In this document: positions 19,444-29,464 of the stretch, piece by piece | Layout: each line of letters opens with the position of its first letter | How positions within the stretch are numbered: the stretch's first letter is position 1 | Assembly (NCBI GenBank): GCA_963780165.1 | Contig: CAWABB010000001.1 | Location: 2,219,591-2,283,590 of the forward strand | Origin: an uncultured Ignavibacteria bacterium | GTDB lineage: Bacteria; Bacteroidota; Ignavibacteria; UBA10030; UBA6906 | Reading direction: 5' to 3' | Length of the DNA: 64,000 nt | Made by a program: the position numbers and the translations under genes | Notes under the pieces: generated by a model | Database searches by the model: none | Seen by the model: the letters and a program-made list of their open reading frames with translations, nothing else | Told to the model about the DNA's origin: nothing

Positions 19444-21449
19444 GAGTAGCGGCAGCGATCATCCTGACGGGGTGTGTGATGGGAATCCGAGGGGAGGTCC
19501 TGAGCCAGTCGTTGTCAGATGCGCGCGCCGTCGGTGTGGGCGCATACGCGCCGCTGGCCAGCGACAGCCGGGCTTTCTCGATCAATCCCGCGGGGCTTGC
19601 GGGAGTCCGCGACTGGGAGACCGCGTTCGGCACGTACTTGACGACGACCAGCTCAGACGCCGGTTTTGTCTTTCATGGATTGACGCTCGCCAAGCGCTTC
19701 GGCGACTTCTCCGCCGCCTTTCAGTACTCCCCGGGGACCTCGGTGCGGTTCGTCGTCCCCCCGACGCTGGTGATCGGCCAGTCTGACAACCCCTCCAGGA
19801 ACGACCAGACCATCGAGTACTCCGAACCATTTGCGCTCGGTCTATCATACCGGTTGAGTGATCGCATTGTGGTCGCGCTCGGTGGCCGCAACCGGCGCGA
19901 GATCGTTGACGATACGCGGTATGAGATTGTGCTGAATGACACCGTGGCGATTCCGGTCATCTACCAGACGACGTCGGAGGCACGCTACTGGAACGTCGAT
20001 GCCGCGCTTGCATGGACGCCATCGCAGGCCGTTTCTGTGTCGCTCCTCGGACGGAATATCATCGCTTCGCTGGGCAGTGATCTCCCTGAGGCCATCGACA
20101 GCCTTGCCCTGAGCACCCATGCAATCGGGGAGCTTGGACTTGCGGTCCGACCTGCAAGGAAGATTGCGCTCGCGGCGGCGATCACCACCGACGTGACAGG
20201 GGGAGCAGGCGCGGAGTGGACGCCCGGTCTCGGCCTCGCGTTCCGTGGAGGGCTCTACTTCGATGACGACGGCGCCCCATTCGTGAATGCCGTGGCTGTG
20301 GGAGTGGGTTGGTCCTACGAATTTGTGGAGATCGGGGCCGGGTATCTGCACTTCCTTGACCAGACCGGCAGGCAGGGCTCGACGGAGGGGACCGCGTTCG
20401 ATCCGTCCGGGATTTCGACCATTGATATGAACCCATATTCAAGTGACCGGATTGCGATCTCCGTGAAGGCCATGTTCGGGCAGATCCGTGAAAGCCTTGC
20501 CCGGATTGAGGGAGTGAAGGTGACCAGCGTGGTGTATCCGGCCTCGGCGGCGACGCTCGCCTTCAAGCCCATAGGTACGGCCCAGATACGCAACGTCAGT
20601 GACCGGCAGATTCAGGCGAAGGCGTCGTTCTACGTCGAACGATACATGGATGAGCCGACTGAAACACTGCCTGTCACGCTCCAGCCCGGGCAGGTGGTGG
20701 AAGTGCCCCTGACCGCGCTCTTCAACGACCAGGTCCGCCGCGTCTCAAGTCAGGCGCTTCGGGACGCAACGGTTACCGTGATTGCCACGCCGTCCGGAGA
20801 GCAGGATGACACATTCCAAACGCGCATCCTGATTCAGGGAAAGAATGCATGGGACGGCGACGTGCTCTCTCTCAGGTACTTCGTGACGCCGGACGATCCC
20901 GCTGTCATCAAGTACACGAGGGATGTGCTTGTTCAATCCCGTGATTCGCTCGCGAATGTGAACCGCTCGCTCGAGCAGTTCGTGAAGGCGCGCGTGCTGA
21001 TCGACACGTTCGGCGGCGGGCTGACATATATCGGGGATCCGCGGCAGAGTGCGGACCATGTGCAGTATCCGTCGGAAACGCTCGCGCTCAGGAGCGGCGA
21101 CTGCGACGACATGACGGTCTGCTTTGCGTCCCTGCTGACGAGCATCGGCATCCCGGTGGCGTTTGTGGATGTTATTCCCCCGGGACGGCCCGAGGAGAGC
21201 CACATCTATCTGCTCTTCGATACCGGCGTGGAGCCGAGGTTCGGATCCAGTATTGCTGACAATCCAAAACGCTATGTCGTCCGCGCCACGCGGGAAGGGA
21301 AGGAGACCGTCTGGGTTCCGATCGAGACGACGGTCATTGCCGAGGGATTCAAGGAGGCATGGGACCGCGGAGCACAGGAATATTATGAACACGTCGAGGT
21401 CGGCCTCGGGCTTGTGAAGGGCTGGGTCCGGATCGTGGACGTCTATTGA
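19440..21449 (+). CDS. Fusion protein: N-terminal FadL/PorV-like outer-membrane β-barrel region + C-terminal transglutaminase-like cysteine-protease domain
   Basis: Signal MRVAAAIILTGC. N-terminus …AYAPLASDSRAFSINPAGLAGV… carries an NPA motif and alternating amphipathic β-strands. C-terminus …LRSGDCDDMTVCFASLLTSIGIPVAFVDV…ESHIYLLFDTG… is a transglutaminase-core-like Cys…His arrangement. Stop overlaps the next start. Confidence 0.55.
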   Translation: MRVAAAIILTGCVMGIRGEVLSQSLSDARAVGVGAYAPLASDSRAFSINPAGLAGVRDWETAFGTYLTTTSSDAGFVFHGLTLAKRFGDFSAAFQYSPGTSVRFVVPPTLVIGQSDNPSRNDQTIEYSEPFALGLSYRLSDRIVVALGGRNRREIVDDTRYEIVLNDTVAIPVIYQTTSEARYWNVDAALAWTPSQAVSVSLLGRNIIASLGSDLPEAIDSLALSTHAIGELGLAVRPARKIALAAAITTDVTGGAGAEWTPGLGLAFRGGLYFDDDGAPFVNAVAVGVGWSYEFVEIGAGYLHFLDQTGRQGSTEGTAFDPSGISTIDMNPYSSDRIAISVKAMFGQIRESLARIEGVKVTSVVYPASAATLAFKPIGTAQIRNVSDRQIQAKASFYVERYMDEPTETLPVTLQPGQVVEVPLTALFNDQVRRVSSQALRDATVTVIATPSGEQDDTFQTRILIQGKNAWDGDVLSLRYFVTPDDPAVIKYTRDVLVQSRDSLANVNRSLEQFVKARVLIDTFGGGLTYIGDPRQSADHVQYPSETLALRSGDCDDMTVCFASLLTSIGIPVAFVDVIPPGRPEESHIYLLFDTGVEPRFGSSIADNPKRYVVRATREGKETVWVPIETTVIAEGFKEAWDRGAQEYYEHVEVGLGLVKGWVRIVDVY

Positions 21450-22162
21450 AGAGGGAGCAGCCAATGAAACGACTTGCGATCTTCGTTGTATCCGCATTCC
21501 TGACGGCGCAAGCCTCGGGCGAGGGTATCACCGTGCAGAGCGCCAGGGGGGAGGTCAGCGTGCGCCACGGCGTCACAGAATCCTGGATGCCCGTCGGAGC
21601 CGGCGATCTCCTGCGGTCGCACGACAGCATGAAAACCGGCGGGAGCGGTGCGGCCGTGCTCTCGGTAGCAACGGCGTCCGGCGCGAAAACCATCACGCTT
21701 CCGTCTGAAGTCATCGTCGACATATCGGATATCCGGGACCTCTCGCAGGAGGAGCTGATGCTGAAGCTCACGATGGAGAAGGTGCGCGGATCGGGCTATC
21801 AATGGGACGAATCGGACCCCTCGATTCCGAATGCCGGCGTAATTCACGGAACGAACAAAGGGGCGGCTCGCGAGCTGACCGAAAACAAGCTCCGGACAGG
21901 GCGGATGCAGCTGAACGGTGCGCGGGTGCTGTTCGAGAACGGGTTCTTTTCCACGTGTGTCCTGCGGTCGATGGAAGTCTTCCGACTCTACCCGGATCTC
22001 AGCAGGTCGTTCGAGGACCGGCTCATGGTGGCCCGGGCACTTGAGCGTGCGAAGTTGACCGGGGAGGCCCTCTCGGAATACGGCGCAATGGCGGGCTTTG
22101 AAGGCCTTACGGCCCAGCAGCAGGCGCTCGTCCGGGAGCAGATGCAGGCTCTGCGCAAGTAG
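21446..22162 (+). CDS. Secreted FecR-domain-like protein
   Basis: Signal MKRLAIFVVSAFLTAQA. …GEVSVRHGVTESWMPVGAGDLLRSHDSMKTGGSGAAVLSVATASGAKTITLPSEVIV… resembles the FecR β-sandwich. Confidence 0.45.
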   Translation: MKREQPMKRLAIFVVSAFLTAQASGEGITVQSARGEVSVRHGVTESWMPVGAGDLLRSHDSMKTGGSGAAVLSVATASGAKTITLPSEVIVDISDIRDLSQEELMLKLTMEKVRGSGYQWDESDPSIPNAGVIHGTNKGAARELTENKLRTGRMQLNGARVLFENGFFSTCVLRSMEVFRLYPDLSRSFEDRLMVARALERAKLTGEALSEYGAMAGFEGLTAQQQALVREQMQALRK

Positions 22163-22334
22163 CGATCGTGGGCGCGACACCCCGGAAGGACAGAAGCTCC
22201 AACCGCTTCACCCCGTGGGGATTGGCCGCCCTGGTGTGGGAAAGTTCGAGAGGCGGAAACTCCGCACGCTGTGATGGGGTTGTGTCAGGTGTGGCGCAGC
22301 GATCTGTCTGTTCTTACATTTCAGGAGTGCAAGC

Positions 22335-23786
22335 ATGAGGCATCTCCGACACATTCTCGTTGTGTTTCTGGCGTTCTGTGTCGGACACGGGCGCGCGCAG
22401 TATGCGCTACAGGATGCATTCCCCGCACTTCCTGCGTTCTCTCTCCCCGTTGAGCTCGTCGGTGCCGGGGACGGCGCCGACCGGCTGTTCGTGGTCGAAC
22501 AGCGAGGCCGCATCTATGTCTTCGACAACACCGCATCTGTTACCACCCGCCGGTTGTTTTTGAATCTGAGCGATGTCGTCTCCGCGAGCGGCGGTGAGAC
22601 CGGTCTGCTCGGTCTTGCATTTCATCCCTCGCATGCGTCCAACGGCTCTTTTTATGTGTACTACACCAGCTCGCGCTCGGGGTCGCTGAAGAGTTACGTC
22701 TCACGATTCAGCGTGAGTGCGACAGATCCGGATTCCGCGGTCACGTCGAGTGAGGTCATTCTCCTCACGGCGGACCAGCCGTTTGAAAACCACAACGGCG
22801 GGAAGATCGGGTTCGGTCCGGACGGATATATGTACGTGTCTCTCGGCGACGGCGGTTCCGGGAACGACCCGCTGAACAACGGGCAATCACTCACCACGCT
22901 GCTTGGCAAGATTCTCCGGATCGATGTTGATGCGCAGGAGCGCCCGCTTTCCTACGGCATTCCCTCCACCAACCCGTTCGCAGGCAATACGCAGGGGTTC
23001 CGTCGGGAGATCTACGCGTACGGACTGAGAAACCCGTGGAAGTTCAGCTTTGATTCCGAGACCGGGACGCTCTGGGCCGGGGACGTGGGGCAGGGCGCGC
23101 GCGAGGAGATTGACACAATCGTGCCCGGAGGCAACTACGGCTGGCGGCTTATGGAGGGGATGATCTGCACGCCGGGCGTGAACCCGACATGCCAGGACAC
23201 GGCAGGGCTCCTGCGGCCTGTGTGGGATTACAATCGCTCTGCCGGCGACGCCTCAGTAACGGGAGGCTCTGTGTATCGCGGGGCTGCCATGTCGGAGCTC
23301 ACAGGCAAATATGTGTATGGCGACTTCGCCAGCGGGCGCATCTGGGCGCTGACCTCGGACGGCGTCAACCCTGCGACGAACGAGCTGCTGCTTGACACGC
23401 CTCATCAGATCTCGACGTTCGGCATCGACCGACAGAAGGAAATGTATGTCGTGGCATACGGCTCCGGGAAGATCTACCGCCTGACCGGGCCGGCCACATC
23501 GGTCGAGCCCCGGGCTGTGCCGGCGGCGTACGGACTCGAACAGAACTATCCGAATCCATTCAATCCGTCAACGCAGATCGAATACCGGATTGCAGAATCC
23601 GGGCCCGTGCGATTGAGCGTACACGATCTGCTCGGACGGGAGGTGGCACTGTTGGTGGACCAGGCGAAGCCGGCGGGGAGTTACAGGGTGAGGTTGGAGG
23701 CACACGACCTCCCCAGCGGGGTGTACGTATGCCGCCTGACTTCTGGGAAGTTCGTGGAGGCCCGCAGGATGCTCCTTCTGAAGTAG
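22335..23786 (+). CDS. PQQ-dependent soluble sugar (glucose/sorbosone) dehydrogenase with T9SS C-terminal sorting domain
   Basis: …GLAFHP…NHNGG…GDGGSGNDP…LRNPWKFSFD… are GSDH β-propeller motifs. C-terminus …NYPNPFNPSTQIEY…VYVCRLTSGKFVEARRMLLLK. Confidence 0.8.
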   Translation: MRHLRHILVVFLAFCVGHGRAQYALQDAFPALPAFSLPVELVGAGDGADRLFVVEQRGRIYVFDNTASVTTRRLFLNLSDVVSASGGETGLLGLAFHPSHASNGSFYVYYTSSRSGSLKSYVSRFSVSATDPDSAVTSSEVILLTADQPFENHNGGKIGFGPDGYMYVSLGDGGSGNDPLNNGQSLTTLLGKILRIDVDAQERPLSYGIPSTNPFAGNTQGFRREIYAYGLRNPWKFSFDSETGTLWAGDVGQGAREEIDTIVPGGNYGWRLMEGMICTPGVNPTCQDTAGLLRPVWDYNRSAGDASVTGGSVYRGAAMSELTGKYVYGDFASGRIWALTSDGVNPATNELLLDTPHQISTFGIDRQKEMYVVAYGSGKIYRLTGPATSVEPRAVPAAYGLEQNYPNPFNPSTQIEYRIAESGPVRLSVHDLLGREVALLVDQAKPAGSYRVRLEAHDLPSGVYVCRLTSGKFVEARRMLLLK

Positions 23787-23983
23787 TCCTGGCAAGGTTG
23801 CCCGCGAGGTCAGTTCCCGGTGCCGGACTGACCAGCGGCGTGTGCCTCTACAAGCTTTGCGCGAACGATCATGTCCAGGCCAGGCAGATGATCGTTATGA
23901 GGTAGGTCGCCGGGTCTTGGGCCGCGTCCCGGGGCTGCAGTGCTTGTGAAGCTTTTTCCATCTTCGATGCGTATCTTGTCTGC

Positions 23984-25321
23984 ATGAGATACGCATTGTT
24001 GTTTCTTGCCGGCGCGGTGGCGGTTGCCTCGGCACCCGATGCCACCGTGGCCGGTGGAGCCTCCCGCTCCCGCACCCTGGCTATGATCGACTCCGTGTCG
24101 CTGGTCCGCATGAGCGCCGACATCCGATGGCTCGAAGCGCCGGGGGGACACAACAGCCGCGTGACGCTTACGCCGGGGAACGACAGTGCAGTCGCCTACA
24201 TCTATCGTGCCTTCCTCGCAATCCCCGGCCTCACGTCGGTCAGGCTTGACACGTTCTTCATCGACGCCGATCCTCCATACACGGCACGGCCCCACGTCAA
24301 TGTCGTGGCGACGCTTGCGGGCAACACAGATCCGGCACGAAGTATCGTCATCGGTGGCCACTATGACGCCTCGGCCAGCCGCGTTCAGGGCATGTCCTGG
24401 AATTCACTCTGGAGCACGATTCGTGCACCGGGGGCGGACGACAACGCGTCCGGGATTGCCGCCATCCTTGAGGCGTCCCGGCTGATGAGCGATCCCGCGT
24501 TCGGGATTGCCAACGACTACACGATCACGTTCGTGGCGTTCGGGTCCGAGGAATCCGGGCCGGTCCACCGCGGCGGGCACGGCGGGAGCAAGCACTTTGC
24601 CGCTCAGGCACGCGCCCGCAACGACCAGATCCTGGGCATGATATCGGTCGACATGATAGCGCACAACAGGGTCTTCAGCACGACCGATGTCGTCTCCAAC
24701 GCCGCATCCCAGTGGCTCGGGCAGGCCTTCGTGGACGCAAGGGATTCTCTCGCGATCCCGCTGATCACGAACCCCTCACCGTTTGCATACGGCACATACA
24801 GCGATCACGCTTCGTTCTGGGACGAAGGATACGATGCAATCCTGTTGATCGAGCATGCACCGCCATGGAACAGCACGGATCAATACATTGCCAACCCGTA
24901 CTATCACACGCCCGCCGACACGATCGAGACGCTGAACTATTCCCTGCTGAAGAGAGCGACGCAGGTCCTGACCGGAACTCTTGTATCTCTCTCTACGGTG
25001 CCGACTGGAGTTGCCGGCGAGCGGACTCCTGCGGTCGCGCAGCTCGAGCAGAACTATCCGAACCCGTTTAATCCCGTAACGCGCATCCGGTATGCGGTTG
25101 CCGGAGATCGTGGGAGCGAGTCAGGCGGCCACGTGCGTCAGACCACCCTTGCAGTTTATGATCTGCTCGGGAGGGAGGTCGCGGTGCTGCTGGACGAGAA
25201 GAAGCCGGCGGGGACCTATGAAGTGATTTTTGACGGGGGGGATCTCCCGAGCGGCGTGTATGTGTACCGGTTGACTTCCGGGACGCTTGTCGAAACGCGT
25301 CGGATGCTGCTGCTGAAGTAG
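23984..25321 (+). CDS. M28-family aminopeptidase with T9SS C-terminal domain
   Basis: …GGHYDASA…GADDNASGIAAILEASR…GSEESG… are M28 metal ligands. C-terminus NYPNPFNPVTRIRY…VYVYRLTSGTLVETRRMLLLK. Confidence 0.8.
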   Translation: MRYALLFLAGAVAVASAPDATVAGGASRSRTLAMIDSVSLVRMSADIRWLEAPGGHNSRVTLTPGNDSAVAYIYRAFLAIPGLTSVRLDTFFIDADPPYTARPHVNVVATLAGNTDPARSIVIGGHYDASASRVQGMSWNSLWSTIRAPGADDNASGIAAILEASRLMSDPAFGIANDYTITFVAFGSEESGPVHRGGHGGSKHFAAQARARNDQILGMISVDMIAHNRVFSTTDVVSNAASQWLGQAFVDARDSLAIPLITNPSPFAYGTYSDHASFWDEGYDAILLIEHAPPWNSTDQYIANPYYHTPADTIETLNYSLLKRATQVLTGTLVSLSTVPTGVAGERTPAVAQLEQNYPNPFNPVTRIRYAVAGDRGSESGGHVRQTTLAVYDLLGREVAVLLDEKKPAGTYEVIFDGGDLPSGVYVYRLTSGTLVETRRMLLLK

Positions 25322-25677
25322 TATGGAAACGGCTGGAAGGGGGCCGGTGTGATGCGATCCCGCTCTTCCTGTGCGAAAATGGGGCCCCGGCGGGGGTTTG
25401 CCATGCAGAGAAACCCCTGGCCAGCCGGAACTTTCCGGTTGACTTCGTGCAGGGATTTCGTTTCTTTTTGAGTCACTGTTTCAGAGTAGTCTGTTCTTGC
25501 CATTCGCGAAGGGATCGCTGTGACGGACCGTGTCCACCTGCCATCCGTTGCCATGTACGGCGTCGCTGGCTATGCCCCTTCGTGGACACCTCCCGCTGCA
25601 CAACCTGCGCACCTGTCCCGATCATCCAATCGCGCGCTTTCCCTCTGTTCCACATACTTCCGGAGCTGCACCCTTTC

Positions 25678-28600
25678 ATGAACGCATCATGGTTGTTCAG
25701 GGGCCCGCGTGCGGGTACCTCTGTTCTATTGCTGCTCGTCCTGTGTCTCGCCGGGACGATCGGTTTCGCCCAGCGCAAGTCGATCAAACAATACGTACAT
25801 GACAATTGGAACACCGACAGGGGCCTCCCGCAGAACTCGGCCTCCGATATGGTCCAGACTCGCGATGGCTACCTCTGGCTGGCGACACAGGAGGGGCTCG
25901 CGCGGTTCGATGGTGTGGAATTCACCGTGTTCGACCGCGCGAACACGCCCGCGATCAGCAACTCACACATCGTTCGATTGCTGGAGGATTCTGACGGTGG
26001 GCTGTGGATCAGGCCCACGGGTCCGACCCCGCCGCTCGTGAGGTACATCGGCGGGACGTTCGAATCGTTCGACACGACGACAGGGATTGCAAGTCTCCGG
26101 ACAAACTCCTGGATTGCGGATTCTTCGGGCGGGATCTGGGTCGGCTCGCTCGGCGGGCTTGCTCGTTTCAAGGATGGTGCCTTCAAGACCTACACGACCA
26201 ACGACGGCCTGCCATCCGACACCGTCTTTGCCATGATGATGGACACCAGGAAGACGCTCTGGGTGAGCACGCGGGCGGGGTTTGCACGAATGGTGAACGG
26301 TACCATCGAGCGGCTCACCGGCCGGGCCGATTTTCCCGACACGATCATCGCCCGTATCAACGGTTTTGAAAACGTCTTTGAAGACAGCCGGGGCATGCTC
26401 TGGATGGCCGGCCCCAGGCACCTCATCACGTATGACGGGAAGACGTTCACCCGCGTCCAGATGCCGGCCGCTCTGGCAGACGCGGCGATCAACAGGATCT
26501 TCGAGGATGCGAAGCGGAACATCTGGTTCGCTACCGGTCGTGGCCTCGTGCGGTACTCTGACGGGAGGTTCACACGCCTCACGCCATCGTCGGATCCTGA
26601 CGAGAATACCATTCTGGAGGTTCACCAGGACAGGGAGGGAAGCCTCTGGCTCTCGACCGGGAAAGGCATCGCGCGGTACGCCAACGGATCGTTTGAGAAG
26701 TATCAGGGGTCTGACGGCCTTTCGGATGACGCGGTACAGCGGATGCTCCTCGATGCGGAAGGCAATATCTGGGTCAGCACCTTCGGCGGCGGACTGGACC
26801 GATTCCGCGATGAGAAGTTCGTGACCTATTCGTCCAAAGTCGGCCTCAGCTATGACAACGTGAACACCGTGATGGGCGACCATACGGGCACGATGGTGGT
26901 CGGCACGACTTTCGGAGGGGTCAACCTGATCAAGGACGGCAAGGTGACCGTGATCGATGCTCGCAAGGGCCTGCCTTCCAGTGAGGTTGGCTCGCTTGCG
27001 GAGGACCGCGAGGGCCGCATCTGGATCGGTACGCGACGGGGGGTGGTGACCTACCAGAACGGAACCGTGACCCCGCGGTTCACCATGCAGGACAACGAGC
27101 CGTATCCGCTTGGGAATGCGCTCCTGGCGCGCTCTTCCGGGGAAGTCCTGGTGGCGTCCAACAACGCCGTGCTTTCGTTTCGGAACGGCCGGTACTCGCC
27201 GCTCGTCACTCCGGAGCCGGTCAGAAACTTCAACTCGTACATCACCCATCTGTTCGAAGCCCGCGATGGGACGCTCTGGATCTCCACCCGCTCCATGCTG
27301 TACTGGTATAAGGATGGCACGCTCACCCGCGTGTCCGGCAAGGAGGGATTCCCGGAGCGCTGGTACATGGCGTTCTACCAGGACCCGGAGGGCACGATCT
27401 GGCTGGGCGTCGCAGACGTCGGGCTGATCCGCTACAAGGACGGGAAAGCGCGGTCGATTTCGGTGGAGCAGGGGCTATTCGACTACGTCGCGTACGTCGT
27501 GCTCGAAGACTCCTCGGGTTACTTCTGGATGAGCTCGAACAAGGGGGTCTACCGGGTAAAGAAATCGGAGCTGAACGATGTTGCGGATGGCAAAGCCACA
27601 CGAGTGACGTCCGTCGCCTACGGTCGATCGGACGGCATGGAAACGTTTGAGACGAACGGCGGAACGTGGCCCTCTGGCTGGCGGTTCCAGGATGGACGCC
27701 TTGCGTTCTGTACGTTGAAAGGAGTCGCCGTCGTCAACCCTGCCGATATCCGGATTAACCAGATCCCGCCTCCGGTGGTGATCGATCGGTTCGTCGTCGA
27801 AGGGGAGCGAAAGGATATCCGCAAGCATCTCACCATTCCGCCGGGTGCAAGCCGGTTTGAGTTCCATTACGCCGGTATCAACTTCGCCGGCGCAAAGGAC
27901 GTTCGCTACAAGTATCAGCTGGTCGGGATCGATGAAGACTGGATCGATGCGGGCTCCCGTCGGAGCGCCTACTACACGCATCTTGACCCGGGCACGTACA
28001 CGTTCCGCGTGAAGGCCGCAAACAGCGACGGCATCTGGAACGAGGAAGGGGCTTCGATGTCGTTTCAGCTCGAGCCGCGCTTCTATCAGACCGCCTGGTT
28101 TGTCGGTCTGGCTATCTTCGCCTTCCTGACAGTGGGCCCGTCATTCTATTTCTACCGCATGCGCGCGATGAAGAAGCGGCGGGAGGAACTTGAGCGGACC
28201 GTCCGCGAGCGGACCTCCGAACTTCAGAAAACCGTGAGTGACCTGAAAGAGACGCAGAACCAGTTGATCCTGTCAGAGAAGATGGCCTCGCTCGGACAGC
28301 TGACCGCCGGTATCGCGCACGAGATCAAGAACCCGCTCAACTTCATCACAAACTTCGCGGTCTTGTCCCAGGATCTGACACAGGATCTCCGGCAGGAACT
28401 CCATGCGGAGCGCGACAGGGTGGACCCCGCGCGCGCGAAAGAGATCGCGGGCCTGTTGGACGACCTGCAGCAAAACGTCACGAAGATCAATGAGCACGGG
28501 AAGCGCGCCGACAGCATCGTACGCGGGATGCTCCTGCACTCGCGGGGGAAAGCGGGCGAGCGTCAGGACACCGATCTCAACGCGTTACTCTCCGAGTACA

Positions 28601-29079
28601 CCAACCTGGCGTACCACGGGATGCGGGCGCAGGATCAGTCGTTCAACGTGAAGATCGAAACGGATTTCGATCCGACTGTTGGGAAGATGAGCGTGGTGCC
28701 GCAGGACCTGAGCCGTGCGTTCCTGAACATCGTCAACAACGCCTGCTATGCGGCCTTCGACAAGCGGCGATCGGGCGGCGCGAACGGGTTCATGCCCACC
28801 GTGCGTGTCAGCGCGAAAAGCCTCCCCGGAGGTGTGGAGATACGCATCCGGGACAACGGGAACGGCATCCCGAAATCGATCCGTGACAAGATCTTCAACC
28901 CCTTCTTCACGACGAAACCCGCCGGGGTCGGGACGGGTCTCGGGCTTTCTCTGTCGTATGACATCATCACACAGGTGCACAAAGGGACCATCGCGATAGA
29001 CACGAAGGAAGGCGAGTTTACGGAGTTCATCATCACGTTGCCACGTGGTTCAGGAAAGGACGAGAGGACTGCCGCATGA
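25678..29079 (+). CDS. Sensor histidine kinase with periplasmic two-component-regulator β-propeller repeats and Y_Y_Y domain
   Basis: Signal MNASWLF…LLLVLCLAGTIGFA. About 14 repeats of the …DG.LW..T..GL..F… type. TM FVGLAIFAFLTVGPSFYFY. HisKA: SEKMASLGQLTAGIAHEIKNPL. HATPase: N-, G1- and G2-boxes (…GTGLGLSLS…). There is no REC or HTH, so this is not a hybrid kinase. Confidence 0.85.
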   Translation: MNASWLFRGPRAGTSVLLLLVLCLAGTIGFAQRKSIKQYVHDNWNTDRGLPQNSASDMVQTRDGYLWLATQEGLARFDGVEFTVFDRANTPAISNSHIVRLLEDSDGGLWIRPTGPTPPLVRYIGGTFESFDTTTGIASLRTNSWIADSSGGIWVGSLGGLARFKDGAFKTYTTNDGLPSDTVFAMMMDTRKTLWVSTRAGFARMVNGTIERLTGRADFPDTIIARINGFENVFEDSRGMLWMAGPRHLITYDGKTFTRVQMPAALADAAINRIFEDAKRNIWFATGRGLVRYSDGRFTRLTPSSDPDENTILEVHQDREGSLWLSTGKGIARYANGSFEKYQGSDGLSDDAVQRMLLDAEGNIWVSTFGGGLDRFRDEKFVTYSSKVGLSYDNVNTVMGDHTGTMVVGTTFGGVNLIKDGKVTVIDARKGLPSSEVGSLAEDREGRIWIGTRRGVVTYQNGTVTPRFTMQDNEPYPLGNALLARSSGEVLVASNNAVLSFRNGRYSPLVTPEPVRNFNSYITHLFEARDGTLWISTRSMLYWYKDGTLTRVSGKEGFPERWYMAFYQDPEGTIWLGVADVGLIRYKDGKARSISVEQGLFDYVAYVVLEDSSGYFWMSSNKGVYRVKKSELNDVADGKATRVTSVAYGRSDGMETFETNGGTWPSGWRFQDGRLAFCTLKGVAVVNPADIRINQIPPPVVIDRFVVEGERKDIRKHLTIPPGASRFEFHYAGINFAGAKDVRYKYQLVGIDEDWIDAGSRRSAYYTHLDPGTYTFRVKAANSDGIWNEEGASMSFQLEPRFYQTAWFVGLAIFAFLTVGPSFYFYRMRAMKKRREELERTVRERTSELQKTVSDLKETQNQLILSEKMASLGQLTAGIAHEIKNPLNFITNFAVLSQDLTQDLRQELHAERDRVDPARAKEIAGLLDDLQQNVTKINEHGKRADSIVRGMLLHSRGKAGERQDTDLNALLSEYTNLAYHGMRAQDQSFNVKIETDFDPTVGKMSVVPQDLSRAFLNIVNNACYAAFDKRRSGGANGFMPTVRVSAKSLPGGVEIRIRDNGNGIPKSIRDKIFNPFFTTKPAGVGTGLGLSLSYDIITQVHKGTIAIDTKEGEFTEFIITLPRGSGKDERTAA

Positions 29080-29447
29080 AGATCATGATTGTCGATGATG
29101 AGCGCGACGTCGAAATCCTCTTCCGCCAACAGTTCCGCAAGGAGGTAAGGGATGGACGGGTCGAGTTGTGTTATGCGTTTTCGGGGGAGGAGGCCCTCAA
29201 CTACCTGCAGACGTTCAATCCTCCCGACGTGGTCTGCATTCTATCGGACATCAACATGCCGGGGATCACGGGGCTGGACCTCCTGAGAGCAGTGAAGGAA
29301 AAGTACCCCAGTATTCGGGTCTCGATGATCACTGCGTACGGTGACGACCACAATTTCAAGACCGCCATGTCGACCGGCGCCGAGCACTACTTCACGAAGC
29401 CGATCGACTTCGATGCGGTCAAGCGCGACGTTCTCAATAACGGCTAG
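29076..29447 (+). CDS. Single-domain response regulator (CheY-like receiver)
   Basis: MKIMIVDDE…ILSDINMPGITG…TAYGD…K; overlaps the HK stop. Confidence 0.85.
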   Translation: MKIMIVDDERDVEILFRQQFRKEVRDGRVELCYAFSGEEALNYLQTFNPPDVVCILSDINMPGITGLDLLRAVKEKYPSIRVSMITAYGDDHNFKTAMSTGAEHYFTKPIDFDAVKRDVLNNG

Positions 29448-29464
29448 CAGGCCGCAGACAGACC

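Noticed and set aside
25322-25400. GGGGGTTTG…CAAACCCC-like hairpin after the M28 peptidase gene as a terminator
   Set aside because: The stem is only ~7 bp with mismatches and has no U-tract. It is too weak to call.
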